DNA of 64,000 nt from Malacoraja senta (GCA_038087875.1 CM075991.1:3720001-3784000); one strand, 5' to 3'. Positions 11,567-25,157 are shown, counted from the stretch's first letter. The notes: generated by a model from the letters alone, not told the origin. Numbers and translations: made by a program.

Positions 11567-13971
11567 GGTAGTATTAATATATGAATTTAGAAATTCACTT
11601 GACTGAGATTTTAATTTTCTTAGAGTTGATGATCTATCCAAGTAAGCATCCAGTGTACATTTTAAGTCTCCACCGATAATTAAGTTATGTTGTGTACATT
11701 CCGGGATAGTGTTAAGTATTCTCTTAAACAGGGGGCTATCAAAATTTGGTCCATACACATTAAGGAGAGTTACTTTTTTTGAATATAACTCCCCTACTAA
11801 TACAATATATCTGCCTTCAATATCTTCTATCGTTGATATATGTTTAAAGTGTATACCTTTACGAATTAATATTGCAACCCCTCTAGATTTATGTGAGAAT
11901 GAAGAGTGATACGCTTTAGCAATCCATTTTGTTTTCAATCTATGTTGTGCTTCCTTTTTAAGATGTGTTTCCTGTGGAAATATTATATCTGCTTTGTGAC
12001 TTTAAATGAGCTAATACTTTACCTCTCTTGATTGGTTCATTAATTCCCTTAACATTCCAACTACAGAATTTAATTCCTTCGCCCCCAATTTTCCTATTAA
12101 CGTCTTGCATCTTGTGATTAAAGTGGTCTAGGTTAGAGCAGATGGCTCAGCACACTAAACCCTACCTTATACCCAAACATCAGGTAGATGAATTTTAAGT
12201 CTCGTCGGTTTTCCATCCGGACATATCTCCCTAAATAAAATATATAATTCCATTCCAAATACAAAATATAATATAACATAAGATAGAAAAGTAAAAAAAA
12301 GTTACATTAATAGCGTGTAAAGAGTAAAAAAAGAAGAAAACTACAACTATAATTAGTGCAGTTAGTGATAGCCACCCTAATGTGGCTAAGCATCTAAGGA
12401 CTTCCGTAGCCTTTGGTAAAAAAAAAAATGTTACTAGCTCCGTACTTTCCTTAGAAGGAAAGTTTCAATTACAATGAAAACAACTTATGGGGGGGGGATG
12501 GAATCAATAGTTATATTCCATAATTGAAATAATTATTAGTCTCCAATTGAAATGTTAGTTGCAAAAAATTAAAAAGAACACATTGTTAAAGAGTAAAATC
12601 AAAAAGATCAAAGAGAAAACTTCCTAAATTTGTATTAATAAATTACCTGAATCACACTATACTTATATTTCATACTTTTCATTAATTCAGAGTTGATCCA
12701 GTTAACAATAATTAGTATTGATTAGTATTCATGATTAGTAATAGTTGTTAGAAATTAGTAATAAAATGTAAATATTATATATTAGTAGCAATCTAATTGC
12801 CCAATTCTTATTGCAGATTTTGGACAGTTCTTAAGTATAATAGTTTAGAGTTCCATTTCTTCTCTGCAGGGTAACAATGTCCGATATCTTCAGGTGAATG
12901 TTGGGTGTAGTGTATTATTCAATCTTCGGTCTTATTCACGATGCTCTGGGCGAATTCAAGTGCTTCTGTGTGCTTGATGAAAAAATGTTCCTTCCGTTCG
13001 TAGGTTACTCTTAATGTTGCGGGATATAACAGTCCATATCTCAAATTGTTTATATTCTTAAGTATTCTTCTTGTTTCTGTAAACAGCGCTCTCTTCTTGG
13101 CGACTTCCACAGGATAATCTCTAAATATACTGATCTTGTCTCCTTCAAATTCGAGGTTTCTGCTTTGAACAATTATCTTCATCATATTATCCAAAACATG
13201 GTCATATTGCACCTTCACTATCAGTTGTCTTGGAGGGGCGCCCTCCCTTGGGCGACGTCTCGATACTCTGTGCGCTCGGGCAAGTAGTGGTGCTTGATCC
13301 AGATTCAAGACTTTTTTCAGTAGAGCTGCAGCAAATTCACGGGGGTCACGATTCCCCTCTCTGCCTTCCTGGACGCCCACAATTCTTAAATTTTGGCATC
13401 CCTGTCGTCCCTCCAAGTCAATACATTTTTCGGTTATTTGATGCAATAACTTTGATAGGCGTTTATTCTCGGCAATAAGTTTATCTGTAGTTTCCGTGCT
13501 CGCCTCAGCAATTTCCTCTAATTCCGTTACGACCTGTCGATGTTGATTTAATGTCTGGAGGATAGGTTCCAACTTAGAATGAAATCTAGATTCCATCGAA
13601 TTCAGTTTATCATTTACTTCTCCAATATTTTGTTTCAAATTTTCTTCCATATCTAACTTCCAATCTTCCAGAACTTCATGTACAGAAGCAGTAACTTCTT
13701 CTTTAATTTGTTCTTTAATTTCCTCTTTTAAAGAAGTCAAATCCTGTTTGAGACTTTTAAATTTTTTCATTATGTTAGAGATTTCCTGTTTGAGGAAGAT
13801 TTTTAACTCTTCCACTTCTGTCTTTTTCTTCTGTGAGATATCTTCTAGGGATGCTGTTAAAACTGAGGCCGAGGCTTCAGTTGGGCCTACCTCTTTTCCC
13901 TTGCCGGTTTTTCTCGCCTTGGGGGGGGGGGGGGGTATGTTGAGTCGACATGCTGCCGGTGTCGCACGCCT
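11567..13971 (-). mobile_element. L1-clade LINE, inverted 5' part: ORF1 (12919-~13951) and ORF2 endonuclease N-terminus (from 12110)
   Basis: ORF1 coiled coil + NLRIVGVQEG..RAHR..ISIFRDY..LLYPATLRV; EN SWNVKGIN, QETH, LNVYGPN, GGD; frameshifted. Confidence 0.92.
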
Positions 13972-15646
13972 GATGTTTGGAGAATTGAAAATCCATCTGG
14001 TCGAGAATACTCATTTTACTCACCAGTGCATAAAACTTACTCAAGGATAGACTACTTTTTAGTAGACTCTAAACTTATCCCATTTACCTATAACTCGCAA
14101 TATCATAATATTATAATATCAGATCATGCTCCACTAACATTTATGATTAAACTAAATGGAATGACCGAGACACAGTTGCAATGGAGACTTAACCCCCAAA
14201 TCTTAAAAGAAAAACTATGTAATGAATATCTCGTAAAACAGATTAATATGTCCTTTGAGGCTAATGATAGCCCTGGAATCTCTGCCTCCCTTTTTTGGGA
14301 AACATTTAAAGCATTTGTGCGAGGAGCATTAATCTCTTCGCAATCATTTCTTAACAAAGAGAATAGGGCTAAACGACAGACTTTGGAAACAGAAATAAGG
14401 CAATTAGACATAGAAAATGCAATAGCACCATCTATGGCAAAACACAATAAAATTGCAGTACTGAAATATAAGTTAAATAAGATATACTCAGACCAAGTTA
14501 TAAAACTATATCAACATACAAAACAATTAAACTTTGAATTTGGTGATAAACCACAAAAACTATTAGCACGTCAACTTCGTAAACTGGACGGGGAAAAAAC
14601 AATTTACAAAATTAGATCAGACAAGGGAGAAATATTAACACTGCCTAAAGATATTAATGATAGATTTTTACAATACTATCAAAAACTGTACTCATCTAAA
14701 ACGACAGAACAATCAGCAGGAATGGAAACATTTCTACAGAAATGTAACCTTACAGGTTTAGATCAGAAAGAGAGAGAATCACTAGATGCAGAAATTAAGG
14801 TAAAAGACATCGAAGAGTCAATTAGATCTTTAAAAAACGGAAAGGCCCCAGGTCCTGATGGTCTAAGCTCTGAATTTTATTAAAAAAATTATGATCTGAT
14901 TTCTCCACGCCTACAGACACTGTACAAATACGCTTACACTCAACAGAAACTCCCAGAAACTCTAAATTAATCTACAATCATACTTATACCAAAAATGGAT
15001 AAGGATCCTGAAGACCCAGGTTCATATAGAGCAATAGCTCTCTTAAATACTGATCAAAAAATATTAACCAAAATCCTATCTCATAGATTGAGCTTAGTGA
15101 TTAACAAATTAATACACCCCGACCAAACTGGTTTTATTCCAAAACGTTACTCATTTTATAATTTGAGAAGATTATTCAAATAGATTTCCTAATGTAATAA
15201 TAATAATAATGGATTTTATTTACGGGCGCCTTATACCGAGGTCTCAAGGACACCATACAGAGATTTATAGAAAACATATAATCAGAATTAAAAAAAAATA
15301 GGTTATAAAGACCAATACATAAATCAGGGACAGAATTCCTTCCAAAAACACAAAAAAAAAGAAAATCAGAAGCACAACTTGAGGAGAGAGCAGCAGCCTA
15401 GCAATTATATCGTTAGATGCTGAAAAAGCATTTGACCAGGTAGAATGGTCATATTTATTTTCGGTAATGGAAAAATTTCAACTTGGAGAGAAGTACTGTA
15501 CATGGATTAAACTGTTATACTCCAATCCAACAGCTAGAATACTAACAAACCAAATGTTATCAGTTAAATTTTATCTTTCTAGAGGTTGCAGACAAGGATG
15601 TTCTCTATCTCCACTATTATTTGCTCTTGCCATTGAACCATTAGCA
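13972..15646 (+). mobile_element. L1-clade LINE ORF2 continuation (end of EN to mid-RT), with stops, 3'-truncated
   Basis: [57 protein letters not shown]. Confidence 0.92.
15185..15398 (-). mobile_element. Short LINE 3'-end fragment with (TTA)n tail nested in the L1 RT
   Basis: Interrupts L1 ORF2 between NLRRLF and [12 protein letters not shown]; (taa)n run at its left end. Confidence 0.6.
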
Positions 15647-17147
15647 AATAAAAGTAAACCTTCTTAAATGCTGGAAAACCATGCGCCCACGCAAAACGAG
15701 CAAGTAATATAAAATATATTAGTGACGAAATAATACCAGAGAGGACAGTGAGCCTGAATATCTGAAAATTCCATGGATCCAAAGATCCACATCATACTAT
15801 AATTGAAGCAAAGGGCACGCTCGCAACAATATCCAACAACGTATAGTTTCTGCAATGGGTCTTGCAGATTGCAGCGTAGACATTCGGTATTCACTCTTTG
15901 ATAAGAGGAAGGATAGAGAAAACATGAACAGCCGATCTGTTCCGGCCTTGGACGAATGATGGTGTTAACAATAACATGTGCCATCTGAAGAACTGAAAAT
16001 AATAAGTAACGTCGGGTTGAATTGCTCAAAGTGAAGTCATGTTTGACTAATCCACTGAAACTATTTGTGAGTGTATCTCTCACGGCAGATAAAGAGGAAT
16101 TATCAGAAAATGTATTCTTATGATTCAGGAAGCGTTCATTTACGTCTTACAGGGGAGTTTGTTGAATAAGGTTAGAAGAAATGACATTGAAGATCACATA
16201 CCGATCAGCATCAAACAGACAGTTAACACGTTTACATATTCTGTTGTGCTGCAGCAATTAAGAATGTCATGGTTCTATCTGGGATATATTACAACAAAAC
16301 ACTCTTGACAAAGGGGAGGGGGAGGAATGAATGGGTCCAAACAGATTGGCAGGTTATGTCGAGAGGGTGTCATGGCAATCAATGTTTGAACGCCATCTAT
16401 TCACAAACTATATCAATGGGTGCATTGGGTTGCTGGGAAGGAGGGGGGCGGGGTGGTAGCTGCTGCTGTTAAGCGTAACATATTCAATATTGCTAATGCC
16501 ATGACGCAAGGTGTTGGCAGAAGGAACTGCAGATGCTGGTTTACAGTAAAATACACAAAATGCTGGAGTAACTCAGTGGGTCAGGCAGCATCTCTGGTGG
16601 AAATGGATAGGTGACGTCCCAGGTCTGGGCTCTTCAAGCTAAAGAAGGGTCCCGACCCAAAACGTTACATATCCGTGTTGTGCAGTGATGCTGCCTGATC
16701 GGCTGAGTGTCTTTCACATGCATTCGACAACACATCTATCTTCGGTATCAACCAGCATCTGCAGCTCCTTCTAAAACATACGGAAAAGCGAGTGGGCAAA
16801 AAATATGGCATATATGTAGTACTCTGTTGATAATGTAGGCTTCACTATTCGAGACCGTCAATTAGGTCGGGTGTACACTTTATTCTGGTGAACGCTCCAA
16901 AGCCGCAAGTATTCCAGATGAGATCTGAACTTATTTGGTCAGGACCTTAAACTAAATAATAGGAAACTGACGATCCCGACGTGCCGAGTTGAAGACCGTA
17001 ACCATTCACTGTGTGTATTGAAATATCACCACGCGTACACACTTGGGCGCTTAGAAAATGAGAAAAATAATCAAACAATTTCTAACTTTCATTATTTTTC
17101 TCTATTCTTATTGTGTATTTAACTGTCATTTTGTCCAAAAAAAACAG

Positions 17148-17462
17148 GGAACCATGGCCCACGACTGGTCGGTGGGAATGATAGATGCTCTGGCCGGGTG
17201 GAAGTTCTACATGGAGACGAGTGGGGGACAGTTTGCGATCAGTACTTTAGCTTGCTTGAAGCCGGCGTGGTCTGTGAACAACTACAGTGCGGTGCAGTGG
17301 CCGCAACTCCCGGAGTTACTCACTTTGGCCGAGGATCCGGCCCTGTGTGGAAGGAGAACTACCACTGTCAGGGGAACGAGTCTCGATTAGTTGATTGTCC
17401 AGTCTTACCCAGGGATCAGATGAGTTGTTCACACAGAAACGACGCCGGTCTCATCTGCTCAG
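17148..17462 (+). CDS. SRCR gene: SRCR domain 3
   Basis: PRLVGGNDRCSGRVEV...WGTVCDQYF...DAGLICS; aaaacag / gtgagt; 315 nt. Confidence 0.95.
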
Positions 17463-19078
17463 GTGAGTCACCAAATTTCCTTGAACTGAAAAACAGAGTT
17501 GCCCAGTCGTAGAGATGTTTACACTACGGTGACTCTTTTAACCATTGAAAACATCTGCCGTTTCCTGACGACAATCTTTATTTTCTTTTTAGAAGGATAC
17601 TTTCAAGAGAGAGCTAGATAGGGCTCTTAAAGATAGCGGAGTCCGAGGATATGGGGAGAAGGCATGAACGGGGTTCTGATTGGGGATGATCAGCCATGAT
17701 CACATTGAATGGCGGTGCTGGCTCGAAGGGCCGAATGGCCTACTCCTGCACCTATTGTCTGTTGTCTTCAGGTGCCGTCTTTCCCTTCCCCCACTGATAG
17801 GATACAGGGGGCAATTGTTATACAACGTTGTCATAAATCGATAGGCTGAATTTGAGTATGCAGTGCAGAATTCTGCAGTTTATTAAATTGTTTCTGTGGA
17901 TAGTAACTGAGAGGTTGTAGCGAGTAAACATAGTAAGGATAGTACGAAGGGTAATAACTGTTTATTAAGGAGAGAGAAGGATGGCGATTTGTACAGTCGG
18001 GTTCTAATTCTCGGTTCACTGGTACAATACACAGATATAAATACATTACACCTGCTGCAGAGAACTGAGATAGAGGCTGTAGGAAGAAGGCGATATGAAA
18101 TTTGATGTGGCTTAGTGGTTCTTTCAAGAGCCAGACGCTAAAAGCAGGAGTAACTCAGCGGGTCAGACAGCGTCAGAAAAGGAATAGGTGACGTTTCTGG
18201 TCGAGACCCTTCTTCAGTCATCTATTCCTTTTCACCAGAGATGCGATCTGACCCGCTGAGTTACTCCAGCTTTGTGTGTCTATCTTCGGTTTAAACCAGC
18301 ATCTGCAATATGGAATGAAAATGGAAAAAATATTTTTTCATGATAATAGACAATAGACAATAGTCAATAGGTGCAGGAGTAGGCCATTCAGCCGTTCGAG
18401 CCAGCACCGCCATTCAATGTGACCATGGCTGATCATCCCCAATCAGTACCCCGTTCCTGCCTTCTCCCCATATCCCCTTACTCCTCTGTCTTTAAGAGCC
18501 CTATCTAGCTCGATCTTGAAAGTATCCAGAGAACCGGCTTCCACCACCCTGTGAGGCAGAGAATTCCACAGACTCACAACTCTCTGTGAGAAAAAGTGTT
18601 TCCTCGTCTCTGTTCAAAATGGCTTACCCCTTTTTCTTAAACTGTGGCCCCTGGTTCTGGATATTGGAATGGTTCCATGAATGCATTAATTTACTAAAAG
18701 AGAACAAGGGTAAAGCGAGACTACAAAAGACCCTCGCCCACACGAGGAACAGGCGCTGGACTGGTCTCAGCATGCCTATTGCATTCAGTTTGATCAATGC
18801 ATGAGCTGGTGGTTATCATTTATTAGTCGTTCTTCAATAACCAGGTCATTCCTAGTTATTGGGCCCATTTCTCTTGGTGAGGCCCATAGGTTTATCGGCA
18901 TTATTTTGTGTAGAGGTAGACAGAATGTTTCTATGCAGTTTATCTGCCAATGTGACATGTGGACAATTGATGCAGAAAATAATCCTTAAAACCAATAGCT
19001 GACCAGGTAAATGTTGAGATGTCATGGAATATTTTGTCTTCGGTTTAATTGTTTAACCCAACATGTTTTGTATTATAG

Positions 19079-19393
19079 ATGAAATTTGGTCTCTGAGATT
19101 GATCAATGGAGACAGCCGCTGCGACGGCCGAGTGGAGGTTTACCACAATGGTAGATGGTGGAGAGTGCAGGATAGCGCCTGGAACATCAATGATTCCAAC
19201 GTGGTCTGCAGAGAGTTGGGCTGCGGCTCCGCCATATTCGCCTACAACTCCTCAAGGTACGGAGAGAGTGAGCTGCCCGTGTGGGTGAACAACGTTCAGT
19301 GTGAAGGAAACGAGTCGCAACTCCGTGGTTGCAGCACATTTACGCTGAATCAGACATCCAACGACAGCATCGGTGTTGGAGTCCTGTGCTCAG
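19079..19393 (+). CDS. SRCR gene: SRCR domain 4 (6 Cys, lacks C2 and C7)
   Basis: LRLINGDSRCDGRVEV...WWRVQDSAW...VGVLCS; tattatag / gtgaat; 315 nt. Confidence 0.95.
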
Positions 19394-19609
19394 GTGAATA
19401 TTGGCATAAAGATTCAAATTAGACATTGTAATGATTGTTAGTGACTCTGGAAATTTCGAGTTGTATTGGCATTTCTGCCATCTGGGTTTTCGACTTGTCA
19501 ATTGGGACAGCACGGAAAATCAAGAACGTTTTATTTATCCGTTCTGGTCAATCTAATCAAACGTCCGAAATAACATTTCTTAATTTACCGATTTAAATCG
19601 ATTGTCGAT

Positions 19610-19921
19610 AAATATTTATATTACACATCTGTATATAAATATATATATATGACACACCTGCATATAAATATATATATTACATACATGTATATAAATATAT
19701 ATATTACACACCTGTGTATCGATATATAAATTACACACCTGTATATAAATATATATATTAGACACCTGAGATCCCTTTAAGACTATGTTGGAGAATAATA
19801 CCTGAACAATATTCTAGGTGTATACACATACACACAGGCACACACACCCACACACCAACACACCAACACTATCTCACACACACCCACATATACACAAACG
19901 CACACTCATACACCAACACTA

Positions 19922-20019
<98 letters not shown>

Positions 20020-20105
20020 ACACACACACACCAACATCATCACACACACACACCAACATCATCACACACACAGGCACATTCGTACGCACACATAAGCACA
20101 CACAC
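19610..20105. repeat. AT-rich minisatellite followed by (CA)n microsatellite
   Basis: tattacacacctgtatataaatata units; pure (CA)n at ~19923-20015. Confidence 0.95.
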
Positions 20106-20169
20106 ATTTATTTATATGTTAGCCTGGAGAAAGTTATAATATCGTGTAAAGATACAGCATGGAGACAGG

Positions 20170-21323
20170 CCCTTAACTTCTTATCACAACGGCAGCAGAC
20201 AGTCAGGGGCAGTCGGACATCAAAAACCATCACCGTGAGCACTGGCTCACCCCAAGGCTGTGTCCTAAGCCCCCTGCTGTTTAGTCTGCTTACACATGAT
20301 TGTACTGCTAGACTCAATAACAACTATATCAACAAGTTCGCTGATGACACAACGGTGGTGGGTCTCATCAGCGACAATAATGAGTCGGCGTACAGGATGG
20401 AGGTGGAGCTGCTCACAGGATGGTGCAGATCCCACAACCTCACTCTTAATGTGGGAAAAACTAAGGAGCTGATGTTCGACTTCAGGAGGGCGGGAAAACA
20501 ACACCATACACCGCTGTATATTGATGGAACTGCTGTGGAGAGGGTCAGCAGTGTGAAGTTCCTAGGACTCCACCTGTCGGATGACCTGACCTCTATGACC
20601 AACACCACAGCATTGGTCAAAAGAGCCCAACTGCGACTCCACCCTCTCCGGAGACTTCGGAAATCAGGTCTCCCCACTGCCCATCTAAGAACCTTCTATA
20701 CGGGCACAATTGAAAGCATAACAACCTACGGCATCACTTCCTGGTTCGGGAGCTGCAAGGCTTACGAACAATATCAACTAAACAGGATAGAGAAGACCGC
20801 CAGCAGGATTATCGGTGCCCCACTCCCTTTCCTGCTGGATATATACAAGAAGAGGAGCATCAGTAGAGCCATCTCCATCATCCAGGACCCCTACCACATC
20901 ACATCTTTTCCATTCTGCCATCTGGGAAGAGGTACAGGAGCATCAGCTGCAAAACCAGCAGGATGCTCCTCAGCTTCTTCCCACAGGCAATAAGACTGAT
21001 TAACGGACTTTGTCCCCTCCCAAAACATCGCTCATCCACACATCCAACCGCGCCCATACTTTGACAGTTAGGCACCTGTCAAAGTAAAGCCACTGTGAAG
21101 CCACTGTCGATTAGAATGACTGTTTTTATTATATTGTAAATTTTTAGGCCTACTTTCTTTTTAAGAATGGTAATTTTAATTTGTTTTTAAAGCTCTATGT
21201 ATTATCCTTTTGTTTTTTACACTGAATGGAAACGGATTGAGCAACGTTTTTTCGTTTCCTCTGTGTATGCGAGTACTCAGTGAAATGATATTACAGAAAT
21301 ACTGAATACTGAATAATGAATAA
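20170..21323 (+). mobile_element. Second Rex1-type LINE fragment
   Basis: [27 protein letters not shown]; frameshift near 20900; (tactgaa)-like tail. Confidence 0.88.
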
Positions 21324-21929
21324 AGATACATCATGGAGACAGGGCCTTCGGCCCATCGAATCCACCCCGAAGACTGATTACTCATTGGTTCTATATTATC
21401 CCACTGTCTCATAAACTTCCTTGACACTGGGGGAATTTAACGGAGGCCATTTAACCTACAAACGCGCCAGCCTTTCGGATCTGGAAGAAACCCATGTGGT
21501 CAGGTGTGCAAACGTGTAATATCCACACAGACAGCACCTGAGGTCAGGATCAAACCGGAGTCTTGGGTAGTGTGAGGCCACAGCATTACCATTGTCTATT
21601 TTCTATTAAAACAAAATATATAGCAGGACTTTTGCAACATTCTCCACCCAGACCTGGGTGTAAAGTGGGAGGTAGTCCACGTATAGATATTGTCCACGTA
21701 TACTATGGGCCCTCTCCATTTCCAGTCGGCAGAAGAGACCAACAGGTCCAGGGAGCAGGCGATGGTGAGTGTGAGGGGCCGTGTGTGAGAGAAGTCTGGA
21801 CAAGAAACACTTCCATGTGGTGTGGAACAACACAGGGTACCTTTCCGAGGGATAGCATGGAAGGCGCGGCCGAACGTGAGATGATGGGTGTACATTACAA
21901 TTGTGTGATTAACCCCCATTGTTCAACAG

Positions 21930-22244
21930 ACCATGTCCAATTAAGGCTGTCTGGGGGTGGAAGTACATGTGCTGGACGAGTGGAGATTTATTACCATGGA
22001 TCTTGGGGAACAGTTTGTGATGACTCCTGGGATCTGGACGACGCTAATGTGGTCTGTGGGCAGCTAGGTTGCGGATATGCTGTGGAAGATAAAATTCCGG
22101 GATTCTGTGGACGAAGTAAAGGCCAAATTTGGTTGGATGAAGTAAGATGCTCGGGTAACGAATCATACCTCTGGAACTGTTCCTCCGCACCGTGGGGTCG
22201 GCACGATTGCAGTCATAAGGAAGATGTGACAGTGAAGTGTTCTG
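21930..22244 (+). CDS. SRCR gene: SRCR domain 5 (extra ninth Cys)
   Basis: LRLSGGGSTCAGRVEI...WGTVCDDSW...GFCG...DVTVKCS; caacag / gtaagg; 315 nt. Confidence 0.95.
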
Positions 22245-22798
22245 GTAAGGATACGTTCGGTCTGCTGATTTTCTGCAGCTTAGAGTGGGAACCTTCATTC
22301 CAGAGATGTATTCAATGATTTATCGCAAACAATGCGAGCATTGAATCTCGTTGATGGATTAGAGTCCTTTCTCTCAGTCTGCATAGGGTTTGTTCTACTC
22401 ACCAACACCAAACTACACCCACCCCCCTCCACGTATAGCCCTTCTCATTTCGCCCTCAGCAGTTGTCTGGTTTAACGGCATTTGTCCACATTTCCCAAAA
22501 TAGACTGACGAGGTGTTTATCGGCATTTTCGGCACAGGCATTGTGGATGGAAGGGCCTGTTCCTGTGGTATGAACGGGAGATATTCCCGTGTCACTCTTT
22601 ATTTTATAATCTTGCTTTAAGGATCGTGATTGTCAATTTTCATTTCGATTTTAAACAATCGAAAGTTAATTAAATGGAGTATATGCTTTCAGGTTCAGAT
22701 CTGTAGCAACTTCAACCAGCACTGAAACAAGATTGCACCGTTTGGGCGGAAATCGCCTTCCAAACATGGGAGGACACAAAGGGGCCTGACATCTAGGA

Positions 22799-23255
22799 CA
22801 GGGGTCGGCAACCTCCGGCCCGTAACCCGAAATCATCCGGCCCGCAGGCGTATTTGGTTTTCAATTAGTTTTCGCGACCTGGGTACTGCAGCCAGTCCCG
22901 GGGCACGGAGGCGACCTAGGAACTGCAGCCAGACCAGGGGCAAGCCAGCCGTCCTGTGCGCTGCAGCCAGAACTGCCAGCTGACCTGGGCGCGCAGACCA
23001 CATGGGAACTGCAGGTCCTTTGGCCCACCGTGTCCGCGCCGACCAGCAATCATCCTGTACACTAGCACCATCCGACACACTAGGGACAATTTACAATTTA
23101 CCGAAGCACTTTTAAAATACAAACCTGCACGTCTTTGGAGTGTGGGTCAGGGGAGCTGACCTGGGCGCTACATCTAGTCCCGGGGCACGCAGGCGACCAT
23201 GGCGCTACATCCAGATCTGGGGCAAGCGAGCCGTCCTGGGACTGGCTGTAGCGCT
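22799..23255. mobile_element. hAT-like MITE fragment with internal GC-rich sub-repeats
   Basis: CAGGGGTCGGCAAC terminus; second terminus not found. Confidence 0.45.
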
Positions 23256-23566
23256 CAGGTCACAAAACATGGGGGGGAGGGGGGATGTCTCCCACCTCTC
23301 AAAACATGGGGGGTGGTGGGAGACAGGTCCCCCGTCCTCCCATGAATTACCACACATATTTCCCTGCCCTCCACTTTCAGCGACTTGATAGAACAGCTGC
23401 CCTTACGATTTTTGTCTTCACCCAATCTGTTCCCAACTGCCAGTCTCTGTTGAGTTTTTCCAGCGACATCTGTTTTTGTTGAATCAGATCTTTCTCATGC
23501 GTCGTTCTTGCTATCTGCGGGATGGATACATTATGATGACCTGTGTGTCTCCTGTTCCCTTCACAG

Positions 23567-23890
23567 AACACAAAGAGATGCGCCTGGTGAACGGAGGCCG
23601 GCGGTGTGAAGGGAGAGTAGAAGTGTGGTACAACGGGACATGGGGAACAGTGTGCTCCGAGAAGCTATATGCAGATAAGGCGGCCGGGAAAGTGATCTGT
23701 AAACAATTAGAATGTGGACCCTTCGCATATATTGAACCTGACGTCAGGAAATATGGAAAAGGTTCTGGGCCCATATGGATGGATGAGATGAAATGTAGCT
23801 CGCACGAGTCAGCCCTTTGGCAGTGCCAATTTGACCCTTGGGGGCAACATAACTGTGACCACAGGGAGGATGCAGGCGTTTCATGTAAAG
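23567..23890 (+). CDS. SRCR gene: SRCR domain 6
   Basis: MRLVNGGRRCEGRVEV...WGTVCSEK...DAGVSCK; cttcacag / gtaaca; 324 nt. Confidence 0.95.
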
Positions 23891-23967
23891 GTAACACAGG
23901 AAAGTCAGCATACGATGGCAGATTAAACACGCGCGTAAATCCGTCAACATTTCACTGTTCTCAACAG

Positions 23968-24042
23968 ATGCTGAAATGCCGGAGACAACTCACGGAAAAG
24001 ACTGCGACGGAGGAAATGATTCTAAATCTCGCCGTTTACCAG
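23968..24042 (+). CDS. SRCR gene: inter-domain linker exon (DAEMPETTHGKDCDGGNDSKSRRLP) with GC donor
   Basis: ttctcaacag acceptor after a 77-nt intron; CAG|gcgagt donor; 75 nt, phase 1-1, open. Confidence 0.7.
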
Positions 24043-24687
24043 GCGAGTCATTCTACTACTTACGCCGTCAGCATGACGTCAACCCCTGATGTTTGATGAA
24101 TGAGTGATCAACTAAATAGCTGAGAACCCTCAACAACTTCTCTTTAGACTTCTCTCACGTTCTTCTCGTTAAACGTGTAGCCATGGGTCCTTGCATGGAT
24201 CCCAGCTAGGTCTGCCTTTTGATTCAAGTACTGTGAATAGTCCTTCTTCTAAACGTACACTGGCATCATTCCCCAAACTCATTGTTCGCTCCTTGGACAT
24301 AAAATATACCACCCACATACCCTTCCATTTCCCGCCTCCCCCACAACCCCATCCGTCCGTTTCCACCTTTATCCTTTCCTCTGGATTCATATTTCATCGT
24401 CGTCATTCCTTATATTACAACCCTTTGTCCTCTTTTCATATCTAACCTTTGTGCACCCATCTGTAAATGAACACCGCCACACCTGAATCCACCTATCACT
24501 TGCCTAGATTACATCCGCCTTCATCTCTGTTACAGCCTCTTCCCCACCCTCTTACTAGAATCAGTCTGAAGAGAGGTCCCGATCCGAAACGTCACCTGCA
24601 CACGTCATGCAGAGATGCTGTCTGACCCGTTGAGTTACTTCAGCACTCACGTATTTTTAACTGAGTATTTAATTTAATTTCACTTAG

Positions 24688-24999
24688 ATCTACAATTGCG
24701 GGTTGATGGCGGCAGCAACAAATGCTCCGGAAGGGTTGAAATATTATTCAATAACAGATGGGGAACGGTGTGTGATGACTCCTGGGATCTCGCCGATGCC
24801 AATGTCGTCTGCAGACAGTTGGGCTGTGGCTCTGCTCTTTGGACTCCAGGAGCGGCGACCATTGCCCCGCCCTCAGATGATATCTGGCTGGATGAAGTGA
24901 AATGCACGGGTAGTGAATCATTCCTGTCCCGTTGTCTGGCTTCACCGATCGGTCAACATGACTGTGATCACAAGGAAGATGTCTTTGTTACCTGTTCTG
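24688..24999 (+). CDS. SRCR gene: SRCR domain 7 (membrane-proximal)
   Basis: LRVDGGSNKCSGRVEI...WGTVCDDSW...DVFVTCS; cacttag / gtatgt; 312 nt. Confidence 0.95.
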
Positions 25000-25127
25000 G
25001 TATGTGTCGTTCGGCATATTCCCCGATCTCTACACCTCTTCAATTTCATAAGTAAAATATCGTTTTTTTAAATTGAAAATCTAAAGAGATGACGTTGCTA
25101 AAAACACTTATCAATGTCCACGTCCAG

Positions 25128-25157
25128 TTTTGATTCCCTCTGGCTCCAGCACTTCAG
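25128..25157 (+). CDS. SRCR gene: putative Ser/Pro/Thr stalk mini-exon (VLIPSGSSTS)
   Basis: cgtccag acceptor, CAG|gtattc donor, 30 nt, phase 1-1. Confidence 0.5.

Noticed and set aside
19818..20170. His/Thr-rich N-terminus of the 391-aa ORF
   Set aside because: Translation of a (CA)n microsatellite fused by chance to a Rex1 fragment
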